A stretch of 63,998 bases of DNA, filler included, from Ionaspis alba (Eukaryota), in NCBI GenBank assembly GCA_964255285.1. It is 3 parts of 3 records of this genome, joined end to end, with 100 filler letters (N's around TTAATTAATTAA, not from the genome) between each part and the next. Parts side by side here need not be neighbours in the genome. Positions count along the whole stretch, not along the records: positions 23,800 to 47,382 come from CAXUUL010000183.1; 2 more parts are not named here. One strand, written 5' to 3'. The stretch's first letter is position 1. Every line of letters starts with the position of its first letter. Below are positions 25,488-38,038 of the stretch, piece after piece. The notes under the pieces are model-generated. The model was not told the DNA's origin. It did no database searches and worked only from the letters and a program-made list of their open reading frames with translations. A program made the translations under genes and the position numbers.

Positions 25488-26002
25488 TTTACGAGAAGGG
25501 ATTCATCCTCTCTGTTTCCAGAAGGGTCTAAAACTTAGTCTGACATGCTCGTTCGATAACAGGGAGGTCGTGCATGGTGGCTGGGTGGATTGCAAGGTAC
25601 CACTGTGTGCAGGGGTGCAATTCGGTCCTCATGCATATTATTAGCTTCTGGATCTACTTGCAAGCCCCACCGTCGAACAATCACGTTAGCTTACATAGTG
25701 CAGCCCAGACTTGCTTTGAGTCTGATAAAGATTCTAGACGATCCTCCTTCATCTGACTGCTCAAAAGACCAAGTACGGCTATCGTCGAGTCTTGGATACA
25801 CGCTTCGGAATATTCAGGAACGAGTTCAACCACTATCGACAAGGCATAGAGGTGTATTCATGTATATCAATTAAACATCTTTATCGATCTATCAACTAAG
25901 CATCTGAATAGCCAAGCAACGGCGTCTTCAGTACCAGGGACTCTGGTGAAGAACGACCCAAAGAGCCACGGGCCTCTGCTGCTCCTGCTTCGCTCCCTGA
26001 CC

Positions 26003-26563
26003 ATGACCACCAATTATGAAAATCTGAAGACGCCTAAGTCGTGTGTTGCAGATTTCTGCCTCATCCCCGTAATTGACCCGAACATGGAGCAGCAAGAAGG
26101 AACATTGAGTCTCTGTTCAGATAGGCACATCAAACCCCTCTGTATCAGCGCAAATCGCAGATATACAGCGATTAATGCAAACCAGCAAACTGAGCTATTC
26201 TATGCACTCCGCTGGCACTACTGTTGGTATGGGACTCTATTCCAAATCTTGCAAGGGACGAGGACAAGTCTAGCAGCACATATGTGTGGGTAAGAGTACT
26301 AAGTCTATCGTACATAGAAGGTCCATGGGAAGACGTGATGCGGCTCATCGGTCAAGCTCACACTATGCTGCATGAGCAAGGCATTATGAGAATACAGACA
26401 GACATCAGGGTTGGGTCGAGGTGTGTATATCGCTATCATCAGGCTCTCTATCTATTGAGAGGATGGAGAATAGCTGATGGCATATAGAGTGGACAAGGAG
26501 CAGCATTTCAGTGAGAAAGTCACGGCAGTCAATGATCTGCTAGCCAAGGATCATGCCACGTGA
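26003..26563 (+). CDS. Thiamine-binding / UPF0045 (Ecm15-like) small protein, 4 exons
   Basis: Spliced product [63 protein letters not shown]..; stop 26561-26563. Confidence 0.85.
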
Positions 26564-27987
26564 GATCGTCTTTGGATGGCAGGTAGCTTCAGGGTTGGAA
26601 TGTGACCACCTTCAAAGACTCCTCAAAGTTTCCCAAGACTCTCCTACAGGAGTCGAGCGTGTTTAGCCTCAAGTTTCGGGCTTACCGGATGCTCCTCACA
26701 CCAATTAAATCTCGAGTCTGGAAGCTATCTCCAATGCTCGGTCATCCTTCCCCTTCCTACGAGATAGACATGGCAGCAATCGGATGATAAGCTGATTTGT
26801 TTTGCTTTCTAACCCCTGGGCCATGATAGAGATAGCTACTCAGCAACACCAGACATGACACGCTTCAGACCGGTCTGAAGTGTATTGATAGCAACAAGTG
26901 TATCTCAGCACATGACAAGCAGATTACCAAGAACTATACCCCATCTCCTTTCAAACCTATGAATCTTTTTCTCTGTTATTGACTTCCCAAAGATGCTCTC
27001 CGTCAGTTCCTGCTTTCCGTCGTTGATGCCGTCCATTACTTCTTGTGAGCCATCGCTTGAGATCCGACGGGCTGGGAAATAAAGCCTTTGACTTGCATCC
27101 AGAAATTGGACAATCGGTATTTGGTCCAGGCTGCTCGGTCGACATTCTTTGGGCAATTCTCACGGCGGCTCTCTCAGCACTGCTATTCAGTAGAAATCAC
27201 GCGCTCGGATTCTTTTCTGTTCATTTTATGAGCGTGTACAAAGTGCGAGCGGAGAATGGATGGAGACGTATATGTCGACGCGAACGATCTGGAAGTTTTG
27301 ACAGTCATATATATCTCTCCATCTGTCGATACTAAAGCTTGCGCGCATTAAGGAGATGTCGAAACCGCATTGTCTTTTTAGTATAGCTCTTCGTGCTATG
27401 ACAATTTTCTTGTAAAGGAAATTTTTGTTCCACGAGATTGTTGTACCATTCCTTGATATGTTTGTTATACGTTGCGAGGTTCAGCATAACCNNNNNNNNN
27501 NNNNNNNNNNNNNNNNNNNNNNNNNNNNNNNNNNNNNNNNNNNNNNNNNNNNNNNNNNNNNNNNNNNNNNNNNNNNNNNNNNNNNNNNNNNGTTGGAACT
27601 GGGCGTCTGGCGGTGGACATGATGTTGTCGGTGTTGATGCTGTCATTGTCGTCATCACCGTCATCGGAGATGATGTCTTCAGGTGCCTCCTCCTCACTAA
27701 GCAGTGTCTCGTCGGAGCTCTGCGTCTGCTGGCAGTACTTGTCACGTAATGACTATAATGGGTCATATATAGAAGGTAATGATATTACAGTGACAAGTAG
27801 GCATAAACGCCACCAGTCTTAATTGTAGTCTCAGCCAAAGAATAAGTAGTAAATCCCTTGCAAGGCCATATGAGCAGCAACTCATAGGCAAAACCACTTC
27901 CAGAAAGACTCCAACCAATTTCGAAAAATTTGTACAGCCAAGCATCACGCATATATACATCAACCATCGTCCCAATCATGCAAAGCA

Positions 27988-29792
27988 TCAAGAACCATAA
28001 GCCGGAGGAGGCGTATCATCTCGCTCATTCCGATCCCAAAACCCTCTATGCACAGCCTTGTCGTCCTGAACTCGACGGGCAATTTCGCCCGCCATCTTCA
28101 TCATCCAAGCTTGCTCCAGGATGCCCCCATGAGGGGGTTCGAGATATGGATATGGCGAAGATAACATACGTTGTGGCGCATTAGCTGAAGATGAAGGGCC
28201 AGCTTCTGCCTTTTCCGCAGGATACTGCGAGTACGAGAGAGGTTGCAACCTTGGCCGCCGAGGAGGTTCAGATGCGGATTGCTGTTCTTCTCGCGCCAAA
28301 GCTGCTGGAACGCCCTTCAGTGTCAGTTCCGACGCTTTCGAATTTTGTCGTGCCGGTGGGCGGGGCGTCAAATCTTTCATCTTTGGAGGCGAATCGCCAA
28401 GGTCGATGCTATCTGGACTTCCTTGGAAACAAGCCCTGTTAAGGGGAGAGCTCGGCGGTGTGACGAGCTCACCTTCTCGTTCTTCAGGTAGCGAGCGAGT
28501 AAATCCAGCCTCTGATGCTGCGGATGAGGTGGTAGTAGACATGCTGCTTTCTGCACTGACGCTGGCGTTGTCGTCTAAGCTATGCTTCGGCTTCCGGAGG
28601 TTCACCACTCTGTGCTTTCTTTTGCGTCCTGCTTTTCCGTGCTTGCCAGCGCCTAAAGTAGCGCCTGTAAATGAAGACCCGTAAGATGTCAAAGTTGGCC
28701 GTGTGATATGGGCTCCCGTCTCAGACCCATCCGAAAAGGTGTAGGTAGTGCTTGTACTTGCCATAGCAGAGTGTTTCCTTGAAATGCCCGGATGTAAAGG
28801 AGTGATTGGCGTATGACTTCCATGAACTTCACCACGCTCTGTGGGGCCAGCCCATGCTCTGAAAACGACGTCTCGCATGTTTGGTGTGAACAATGAGAGA
28901 GTCCGATGAGAGTCGGTCAACGCAGCAAGTCGTAGGAGATTCTTTTGAGAAAAAAGAGAACGGGTCTCGGAGCCAAAATCGAGAGACAAAGACGTAAACT
29001 GCGCCGTATCTATGGTGTTTCCAGACTGGTCTACAGCGTCCTGAGGTTGGCTTGCCAGCGGATCGATTGCCTTCTCTTCTCCGAAGGGATTCCCTTCCTT
29101 TTGGGCCAACTCTTGATCCTCTTTCGATCGGTATTCCGGAACCCACAACCTCAACGAGAGTCGATGTATGATTGCTGGCACCTCATCCATGAGAAGTGTT
29201 CGTAGTTGACCCTCGATCTCCTTTTGCAAATACTCTCGGACGAATGGGATGGAATCAAAGGTCGAGGAGACCTTCAGAGATTCGAGGGGGTCGTTGCGGA
29301 AAACCAGCGTCAAGCCTTTTTGCCTCGAGAAGACTAGTATGATAAATGCTGACAGCTTAATGTCGGACAAGGTAATCTTTAGAGGTATCGTCAAGCCCGA
29401 AGCTGCGGCGAGTGGCTGAGGGGATGCAAAGTAAGGTTTGGTAGATAGATATGTATTCAAAGGATTCGCCTAAAGGGGAGATCAGCTTGCTGATTCGTGA
29501 GCGTTTGATGGCATAAACAGTTTACCTGAACTCGCGTCTTGAGGGTAAGGAAAGCATCTCCGGAATAGCACATCTTAAAAATGCCTCGAAATCGATCTTC
29601 CGCCAGGTCCCCGATCTCAAGTATCTCCAGGTCCGGAGGCACAGAGCCGAGATTAAGCTCGTTCACGAGGATATCGTCGACGATGATGGGAGGCTTCGGC
29701 GATTTATTGAGGGCTGTGGTGAGGAGCTGTTTCGCCCGAGTGTAAAAGGACTCGTCTGCTGTCAAAGGCGACCAGTTGAAGTTGAATGCCAT
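27988..29792 (-). CDS. MDM34: ERMES subunit Mdm34 (SMP domain)
   Basis: [57 protein letters not shown]-terminal PPPAY. One intron near 29525-29470. Confidence 0.95.
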
Positions 29793-30671
29793 GCTGGCAC
29801 ATCTCTCAACTCAATGCTTGAGTATGTCAAGCGTTTTTCTTGTTGTAGAAGAGCAAGTCGTCGCAAGCAAAAGACTGTCGCGTGAGCTCCGGAGCTGGGA
29901 GACTGCAAGCTGAAAGCGTAGTCCTCCGGCTGTTGGCGTACGGACAAGGAGGCGTTTCAATCTTTGAATGGTTTTTATCTGATGGTATTTCTCATTATCC
30001 GAATGTTGTGCTGTTATCTGTGCATGTAAGGATGAGAGGAATGGAGGAGGATGAATCATGGAAGTCATGCTTTTAGACCACCGGACCCTTGACTCGAAAG
30101 ATTCTTGGTGCCGGGGAATCTTTCGGTGTTTATTTCTCCGGGCGCCGTTGACATGTGCGACCGANNNNNNNNNNNNNNNNNNNNNNNNNNNNNNNNNNNN
30201 NNNNNNNNNNNNNNNNNNNNNNNNNNNNNNNNNNNNNNNNNNNNNNNNNNNNNNNNNNNNNNNNGGACCCCTCGAACGTCATACTAAATCCAGAACATCA
30301 ACACACCTATCCTCTATCAAGCTGCTAAGTCGTCGTGCTTGACTGCAGAGGAAGTGTGGACCGTGCTACAATTTTTCTCAAGGATCATGTTAGATTCTCT
30401 ACAAACGTGTACTTCCCATCGTAGAAGACAAATGTAAATATCTCCGAGTCTTACGTTGTCTCATTCACTGGATCAGCCTTGCGACTATCTGATACCTAAC
30501 TGGCTTACCTGATGCCCGGTTCAACACTTCTACTAAATCCTACTTTCATTGCGGATAGCTTTCACGTCGTTCGTTTATGGTACATATTCTTGGCTCGTTT
30601 CTGTGGATGAATAGCTCAACGACATTCTGCATTCCTACCTGTTCGTCAAATCCCCAGGTCTATCTCTCGAA

Positions 30672-32255
30672 ATGCGGCTTACAGTCGAGCGCCGTGTGAT
30701 CTCACGTGTTGCTATCGACTTACCAGCAGAAATCCTGGTCAACATCTTTGCACAGCTCGTCGCTTCTGGAGAGATACGCACTACTCGGATAGATTATCCA
30801 TTCGATCTTCGAGATACTAGAGGTGCTTTCACAGAAGATATAAAAGCCGCACGGCAAGTCTGCAAAGCCTTCAACTATGCAGCCTCGCCATTTCTGATTC
30901 CTACGATCTTTCTGTCCTCCTCGACGCGAGACCTTGAAGCTTTAAAGGCTATATCTAGACATCCAGTCTTCAGCAAGCACGTCGTTGAGCTGGTCTATGA
31001 TTGCAGAATGTTCGTCGAAGCATTAACAAGGGACAGAAACTCATATGTCGAGGAGTTGAAGAGAATGCCGCTGTGTCACTTCGGTGAAGGAACGATTCTC
31101 ACAAAGGCCCTTGCAAAACAGAGCTTCAAGTCCTACATTGAACACTTCAATGAACAGAAGCTTTGTCGTGACGAGAACCTAGACATGAAATGTCTTGAGG
31201 AGGCTTTCCCGCTTCTCCCCAACCTGAATCATGTCAGCATTCGTGGCCGATCGAGAACGCGGTTTGTACTGATGAGTCGCCGCCTCATTCCTCGTCCAGA
31301 TCGACGGGCGATGCAATCCTTCATGGTTCCTCCACAAGCAAGAATCCTCTACGGACGTGATGACCGGACTGCAGTACATAATGCTGTATGCCAGAAAGGT
31401 GTTCTCGATTTCTTGAAGACAGTGTCGTCGAAAAACATAGCTCGTCAGATACGGTCGTTGTCACTCGGCCACCCAACGGACCAAGAAGAATTGAGACTTT
31501 CAAGTGAGCTCTTTGGTTCGGATGTCAAGCCCGTAGGCCAGTGTGGAAACCTGTTTGGACATCTTACTGATATCCACCTTACTGTGAGGATTGGCGATGA
31601 GCAAGACGATCAATGGGGACCTCCCCCAGCAGTCGGAGGTGTCCAGCCTGACGATCAATTCATCCCGTGTCAATCGAGATTGAGATGGGCTCTGGGATTT
31701 GCAAAAGGACTAGAAGTCCTGCGTTTGACCTTCCGCACCGCGTACAGAAGACCTGGTAACGATATTCAACTGAACCAGATCTTTGGTAAGTCAACCCCAT
31801 CATCATGGAAAATCGGAGAGCAGCAATGCTAAACTAACCACCATACAGCTGATCTTACATTCTCACATCTCGTAGAGCTGCGTCTCACTTCCATCAGATG
31901 CCAGCAATCAACAATTCTCGATTTTGTTGCCCGCCACAGGAGCACCCTACGGCGACTAAGTTTACATGACGTCTTCTTTGTGGATGGCACATGGACCTTT
32001 TTCCTGGACAATTTGAAAACCATGGATATTCAGCTCGAGTTGTGCGAGCTTGGACTACGCTATCCTCCAGAAGTCCATTTCAGTCATGCCAGATACGTCC
32101 CAAGTTCGGCCGTCCTAGATTACCTCAAAGGTGGTGACCAGAATCCACTAGAGGACATCACAGCAGATGATCTAGACCTTATGGCAGACGAATCCTCAGC
32201 TCTGGGGGAGGTGGTTGCAGAACCAGAAGCTGCAATTCCATCGAATTCAGGTTGA
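30672..32255 (+). CDS. F-box-like / LRR-like hypothetical protein (2 exons)
   Basis: N-terminal DLPAEILVNIF..ARQVCKAF F-box-like pattern and LPNLNHV/LRRLSL repeats. Intron about 31787-31848. Confidence 0.6.
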
Positions 32256-32346
32256 ATGCTACATTACATATCTCTCAGCCAACCTTCTGCAGGCTCCAAT
32301 ATTTAAATTAGCCCTCCCAGATATGGGCCCATTCTTCCACCAAGCC

Positions 32347-33850
32347 TCACCCCTTCTTCGTCATCCTCTTCGTCGCCCTTTTATGATCCCTTTCCCTCTC
32401 CCTCTCCAAATACTTTTTCTGCTCCTCCGCGCTCATTGACGTCAATTTGGCGTCCCGTTCCGCCTTCTTCTTCTTGTCGCCCTCCAGTCGCCTCTCCTCT
32501 GCCTTCTCATCGTCGTCAATCTTCTTCAACAGCCGAATCTGTTCATCACGGGTGCTGCGGATCTTTCGCAGGACTTCGGGTCGGAAGTGCGCCGAAGCGA
32601 CGAGCGTGTCCGGGAGACGTAGAAATTGCGCGAAGAGTGGAAGCGTACGGTTGTAAGCCGAGCTGGAGGTTGAGGGGGGTAGACGTAGGGACAGGGAAAG
32701 ACGCTTTTTAGGGATCGTTTCGTTGAGTCTAGGCGTATAAGTATTAGTGAAAGGGACCTTAATAATCTGGGACAGGGCACGGATCTTACTTCTGAGGCTT
32801 GTCCACGGGTTGATCGGTAATGATTAAGTTCTCGAAAAGGTCATCTCCCGTTTCCTCGATGGCTTTGATGAGCTCGGGTGTTAGGAGCATGTCGGTAACT
32901 TCGGCGCTCTCGCTCATTACCGTGGCCCACATTGGAAGCTTTGGATGATCCTTCGTGCTGGTTAGAGAGATGTCGTAACGGTCGTCCCTTAACCTGCGCA
33001 TGGTATCCTTATTGACGACTGCCCAGACAAAACCGTCATATGAAGATTGGGTACCCTTGACACGAGTTTCAAGGTTCTCTTGCTCCCGTTGACTAGCCAC
33101 CGGAATTAGATCTTTCTCCTTCCCATCAAATGCGTACGCCGTAGCTTCCATGCGTTCTACAGGAGCAGTAATGCTTTCGAAGAACAAGCTGAGTATCCAC
33201 TCCAGTACCAGAGTAAGAGGATTGTAACGCTTGAAAAGCAACAACTTCATATCCAAGAACGCAACGTTCGAGCGCCCAGTCGCATAGGTGGTGTACTCCT
33301 GCGCTGTCTTCTCCTTCAATAATTCCTCCGGGATGACTAGCTCATCAGAGAGCATGGCCTTCGCCAGCCCAGAGTTCTGCACATCATCAGGTGTCGGTGA
33401 TTTTTGACCTCCAAACCCCACCACAGCGAACTCCTTCTGCAGCGCCGGAGCATGAGCTTTGATCCAGGCATTAGCCTTCCTCTTGTTCTTCCTACGACCC
33501 CACACATGTAGACCAACGACGATTATTATAAACGGTATAACTAAAGCTTCTTGAAAGAAGTCTTTAGGTGACGTGCGTTCCCATACTCTGTACCATTTTG
33601 TGTAGGTTATACCCGTGCTGCTGGTGGGACGAGCTGGGCTTTCACGGATTGGTGAGGCGGTAACGGGAGGTATTGAGGCAGGTTCTGGCTCTGGAACTCC
33701 CGCAAAGTCTGCGAAATCTATAACGAGGATACCAGATTAGAGGTAGGAGGCCGCAAGCAATGTGGTGTGCCATCTACCTGTATCTTCTCCCGCAAATGAA
33801 GGTGCTGCAGACTTGCTCTGGCCGAATAAGCCCTTGATGTATTCTGCCAT
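32347..33850 (-). CDS. DUF1682 / CCDC47 (PAT complex subunit) ER membrane protein
   Basis: ATG 33850. TM segment followed by WGRRKNKRKANAW, YATGR, FVWAVVNK; basic coiled-coil end MSAEEQKKYLERER. Two introns. Confidence 0.85.
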
Positions 33851-34424
33851 TGCAACGAAGACAAACGTGTACAATTTCGACAATATATTTCAACGCATTG
33901 TGCGCTTTGCTGAGCTGACTCTGCAATGCCTGAGATTGCCCGAGAGTCCGACGTGGTGAACGAAACAGTGGACTTGAGACTGGACAGAAATCTGACTTGG
34001 CGTTCTTGGCATCAAACAGCTCCCTCAGCATGTTGAATCAACCCAAATCGCCCGCCTATCCTGCTCAAGTTGTACTACATTGACCTTGCATGTTCAAAGC
34101 CAGTAAGTGTACCAGAGAACAGGATAGTCACTTCAATACCATACTTTCGTGTGTCACCAACTACGAAGCAATTGATTCTGGTCTGGCCATGTTTTCCGGC
34201 ACCGAGGCATGAATTCACGGTGGGGATCAGTGGGACCGTTTTCAAGATTTGCTCATATCCATAGCTTGGGTTCTGAGTCATTCTGATCACACGAACAATT
34301 TCGGGATTCTCAGACAAGAGAATTGGGGTACGAAATGCTCTTGGAACAAATGTAAATGTACAAAGCTATGGCGTTGTATCCCTTCAAACCTCTGTTTGCT
34401 GCAAGATATGGATTGACTTGCCGA

Positions 34425-35031
34425 CTAACCCTCCCCGAACCACGTCTTGTGTCCCTGTATAACTGTTAGCGAAAAGACCTTGGTGTCGAGTAGTACCATT
34501 TCTGTGCTGCTTGGGAAAAACGTATCCCAACGACTTACGAGAACAAGGCGACACATCATGTACATAGCACCTTTCCATAAGCGTAAGCCCTGACTCGTAT
34601 AGATTCTAGGATATTGGACATACCGCCAAAGCCTCCCCACAGCATTGTGTAGTATGGGTAGAGCATGAATTTGCTTCGGGGTGTCTGAAAAGTACGCAAG
34701 CGTCAGCTAGGGGCTGTGATTCCGTGTCGAGCTCTTTTTAAATTCAATGAAATCGTGTGGATACTGAACGAGTAGCTTAAGATGCCTGGCTGCCGGACAG
34801 TGGGGAACATGCGACTCGAAACTGGATGGACTGACCTTGTTCCATTGTCTTACACCATCGTGCTTCTGAAATAGTCGTTGATAGTGGGGTACTCGGTTTT
34901 CTCGATACAAGAATCTGTGTTCGAGATTGGGCATTAGCCAGAGGTATTTGCCGTCGACTGCAGGTGATTGGAAGCCGTTGCGTTTCGGAACGCGCAACCT
35001 TCGGTACAAGGAAAGCAGCTTACCCTGCCAT
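34425..35031 (-). CDS. COX7: Cytochrome c oxidase subunit VII (fungal Cox7), 5 small exons
   Basis: Spliced MAG|FLYRENRVPHYQRLFQKHDGVRQWNK|TPRSKFMLYPYYTMLWGGFG|GAMYMMCRLVL|GHKTWFGEG. The first coding exon is only 8 nt. Confidence 0.85.
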
Positions 35032-35276
35032 AATGAGCCGAGCTTTGAGAAAATCTCTGAACTGTGAGGGAAGAAAAGTTTGTAGACGTTCAGAGCAGCA
35101 GAACGCGGATGTAGTAAAGGTAAATCGACGACGAAGTCGGAAAGCGGTGCCAAGGCTATAGGGCTGACCGTCATTCTCCACACTAGGGAGAAGTGAAGGG
35201 TAACTATTTCCTGTTACATTGTCTATTGTCCCATGTACATGTGAAGAGCATATAGCAAGCATCTTGTACACGAATC

Positions 35277-37691
35277 CTGGAGCTCTCAAGTCGCCCAGTG
35301 CTACTACGCCGTCTACTTTGCGAGGTCCTAACGAGTCCACGACCTGAGCGAAGGCTGCGTTTTATATGGGCCAGCAAGCATCTCCGACGCAATTCTACAA
35401 CCGTGCAGGCTGCAAAGCTCAGACAAGCGGACTTTGATGGCGTGGAGAGGGTACTGGAGCTTCGGGCGAGCTCTCAGCGCGAATCAGGTGTGAAACGGAC
35501 TGTTAACTCGCTCATCAGAGAAGATACTAGGAAGATATTAGGATATAGAGAAGAACACCTGGATACCTTTGAAAAGCTCGACTACGAGTCTGACCTTGAT
35601 GCGCCGGCCGACAAGGGACGGCGACTGGTAGACTACAAGGAAGTCGCATGGGAACAAGGCTTGTGGTACCAACTGATCAGCTTTCGACGACGAGTCTATG
35701 GTCTGAGAGCACTGAAGCAGATATGGCATGGTATTCGGCAACGAGATATCATGATTCTTCCTCAATTATCACATGGAGTCAATATATGGACAGATCTTGT
35801 GCAACTTGGACTTGAAGATCATGAGATCCTACGGGAGTTGTGTGATTATGCCAAGCTCGTGTATGAGAAGGGAAACGGTAGCCACTTCACCGAGTTGTAC
35901 TACATGGTCCTTGACCACTTCTTCAGGAATGATCTCGACCATGCATATCAATGGCATTCAGTCCTGATGAACTTTCCACCTGGTCCACGGCAGTGCATGC
36001 TCCTATTCGACCGTTGTTGCGAAAACTATCCAGCTCTCACACTCTTCAGGAAGATTTATGCAGAACTACCTCAACTAAGCTTATACTCGTCCATATTGCG
36101 TTACATGTTTCAGAGGCGATTGTTCGACGAAGCAGTGTCATGGCACTTCTTTCTTATGGAAAAAGGGGACATACCGCCCTCTCGGTCTGTCACCGAGCCA
36201 TTGATCAACTACCTCACCCTTCAAGGACGCAACGAGACCTGTGTGCAGATCACCAGGGGCTTAGTCGAAGCCGGGGTCTCGTTTGCAAATACGATTGACA
36301 CAACATCGAAAGACAACAACCCCATCTCTCGAGCAAAAATGAATGATGTGCATGCTGCATTTCACAATTTTTCACCAAAGGAATTCAATGACAGTTTTTG
36401 TGCGAGACTATTTGCCACCACAATGTTCTCCGTGCATACGTCTATCAAAGGATTGCATATGCTAGGCGTACAAGCTATAGGTCCTTTATCCCTGCGTGAA
36501 ATGGTCATAAGGACCATTTCCGATGGGGCCTGTGATACAGAAGCTGTGCGTGACTACCTGACAAAGCTCCACCTGACCGACATTTCAATTGGATGTTCTA
36601 CCTTTTCCAGGGTGGTAACAAGGCTTGCGGACGCCAGCGAGGGGCAGACACTTTACGATGTGGTGACTTGCGACCAGCATCCTGATGTGTTTGACGACTG
36701 GAAGGTTCAAGAATCGTTATTAGCTGCATATCAAGAAGCTGGAGATCAAAGGCAGATCAATCGCACAGTCGCTGTTCTGACATCCAGAAAAATCCCTCCA
36801 CATCAACAGACAGCGCAATGGAACCTCTTCTTTCGTAGTTGTTTGACTCGAAATGACATGGAGGGTATGAATAAGATCATTGAGGCAATGCTGGACAAGC
36901 GTATTGAACTTCAACCGACTTCCCGTAAGTTCATGTGGAGCTCGATGGTGACAGAGAGGCGATCTCCTCAAGGACCTTATACCACTGATGAGCTACCGAT
37001 GATTGTGAAGATATGGCGCAATTTTATGCGTACTGGTACATACATTGACCCTGAAGATTGGGTCGAAATCTTGCGACGGCTCGGTATGGATGGAAAACTT
37101 AAACAATACGAGGAGTTGGCGCTATGGCTTGCGAAGTGGTACTCCGATGCCACTTTCAGAAAGGCTCAGGAGGGTCTGGTGGCAGCGAGGAAGTCAGTAC
37201 GCGTCGACGAGAGGAGGATTCAACACTGTCACAGTGCGTATGACGCATTTCAAACCCTGTTTCCGTTGCCAATGCAACAAGCTGTCCTTGCTTGGGGCTT
37301 CCAACAAAACACGAACACCGAAGTGAAGGGAATCTCGCCCACAGAACAGTCGCAGGAACTGTCTCACGGCCGGTGGCTTTGGGGCCTCCGAATGCTTGCA
37401 AAATTGCGCGACTGCGGTGTCGTATTTGTTCCCTCTGAGGTCGAGAGAGCCTGTACACTACGTCTCATTGCACTGTTCGGGGCAAGAGTGTCTGGTCGTT
37501 CGGTAAATCGCCACAATCAGGCGAGGCGAGAAGGATCAATTGAAGGGTTCATGCTTGCCATGGAGTCTATCTGGAGTCCTGAACTCTTCATACCTGAGAC
37601 GGCCACTATTAGTGCTCTCGAAAAATGGAGACGGATCAAAAAGACTGCGAAGAAAATCATGAAAACAGGAAGGCTTATTGCACATTCATGA
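35277..37691 (+). CDS. Mitochondrial helical-repeat (PPR-like) protein; start codon uncertain
   Basis: About 800-codon intronless ORF with an Arg-rich presequence-like N-terminus and helical repeats (e.g. DWVEILRRLGMDG). No in-frame ATG until 35751. Confidence 0.65.
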   Translation: MELSSRPVLLRRLLCEVLTSPRPERRLRFIWASKHLRRNSTTVQAAKLRQADFDGVERVLELRASSQRESGVKRTVNSLIREDTRKILGYREEHLDTFEKLDYESDLDAPADKGRRLVDYKEVAWEQGLWYQLISFRRRVYGLRALKQIWHGIRQRDIMILPQLSHGVNIWTDLVQLGLEDHEILRELCDYAKLVYEKGNGSHFTELYYMVLDHFFRNDLDHAYQWHSVLMNFPPGPRQCMLLFDRCCENYPALTLFRKIYAELPQLSLYSSILRYMFQRRLFDEAVSWHFFLMEKGDIPPSRSVTEPLINYLTLQGRNETCVQITRGLVEAGVSFANTIDTTSKDNNPISRAKMNDVHAAFHNFSPKEFNDSFCARLFATTMFSVHTSIKGLHMLGVQAIGPLSLREMVIRTISDGACDTEAVRDYLTKLHLTDISIGCSTFSRVVTRLADASEGQTLYDVVTCDQHPDVFDDWKVQESLLAAYQEAGDQRQINRTVAVLTSRKIPPHQQTAQWNLFFRSCLTRNDMEGMNKIIEAMLDKRIELQPTSRKFMWSSMVTERRSPQGPYTTDELPMIVKIWRNFMRTGTYIDPEDWVEILRRLGMDGKLKQYEELALWLAKWYSDATFRKAQEGLVAARKSVRVDERRIQHCHSAYDAFQTLFPLPMQQAVLAWGFQQNTNTEVKGISPTEQSQELSHGRWLWGLRMLAKLRDCGVVFVPSEVERACTLRLIALFGARVSGRSVNRHNQARREGSIEGFMLAMESIWSPELFIPETATISALEKWRRIKKTAKKIMKTGRLIAHS

Positions 37692-38038
37692 GGGGGCCGC
37701 TTCCAGATCAAGGAAACGGGACCATGGCTCAAGAGGTGTGGCGTGAGATCTTCGTTAGGTGACAAGATGATGAAGGCAGCAAAGCTTCGTACAGGACATA
37801 TGATATGTACACGGAATGCTACCCTCGACGGCAAACTCACCATTCATACTCTTGTGGATTAGAGACCTAGGATATGTTTGACAAATATGCGAGCCAAACC
37901 CCCAACTACAATCCATGCTATTTTCATCAACCTTTCCGGGAACTCAATATCCAATGAATACAGCATATAAGTCACATCTTGAACTCCTCACGTCCGCCCA
38001 ACAAAGAGCCTCCAACTCCAGCTCACCCCGAGTCGCAA

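Noticed and set aside
25600..26003. TPP riboswitch upstream of the thiamine-binding-family gene
   Set aside because: No TPP aptamer core motifs were seen in the leader or introns.
30107..30147. Imperfect GC-rich hairpin upstream of MDM34
   Set aside because: Short and mismatched, next to a gap, with no RNA-family features.
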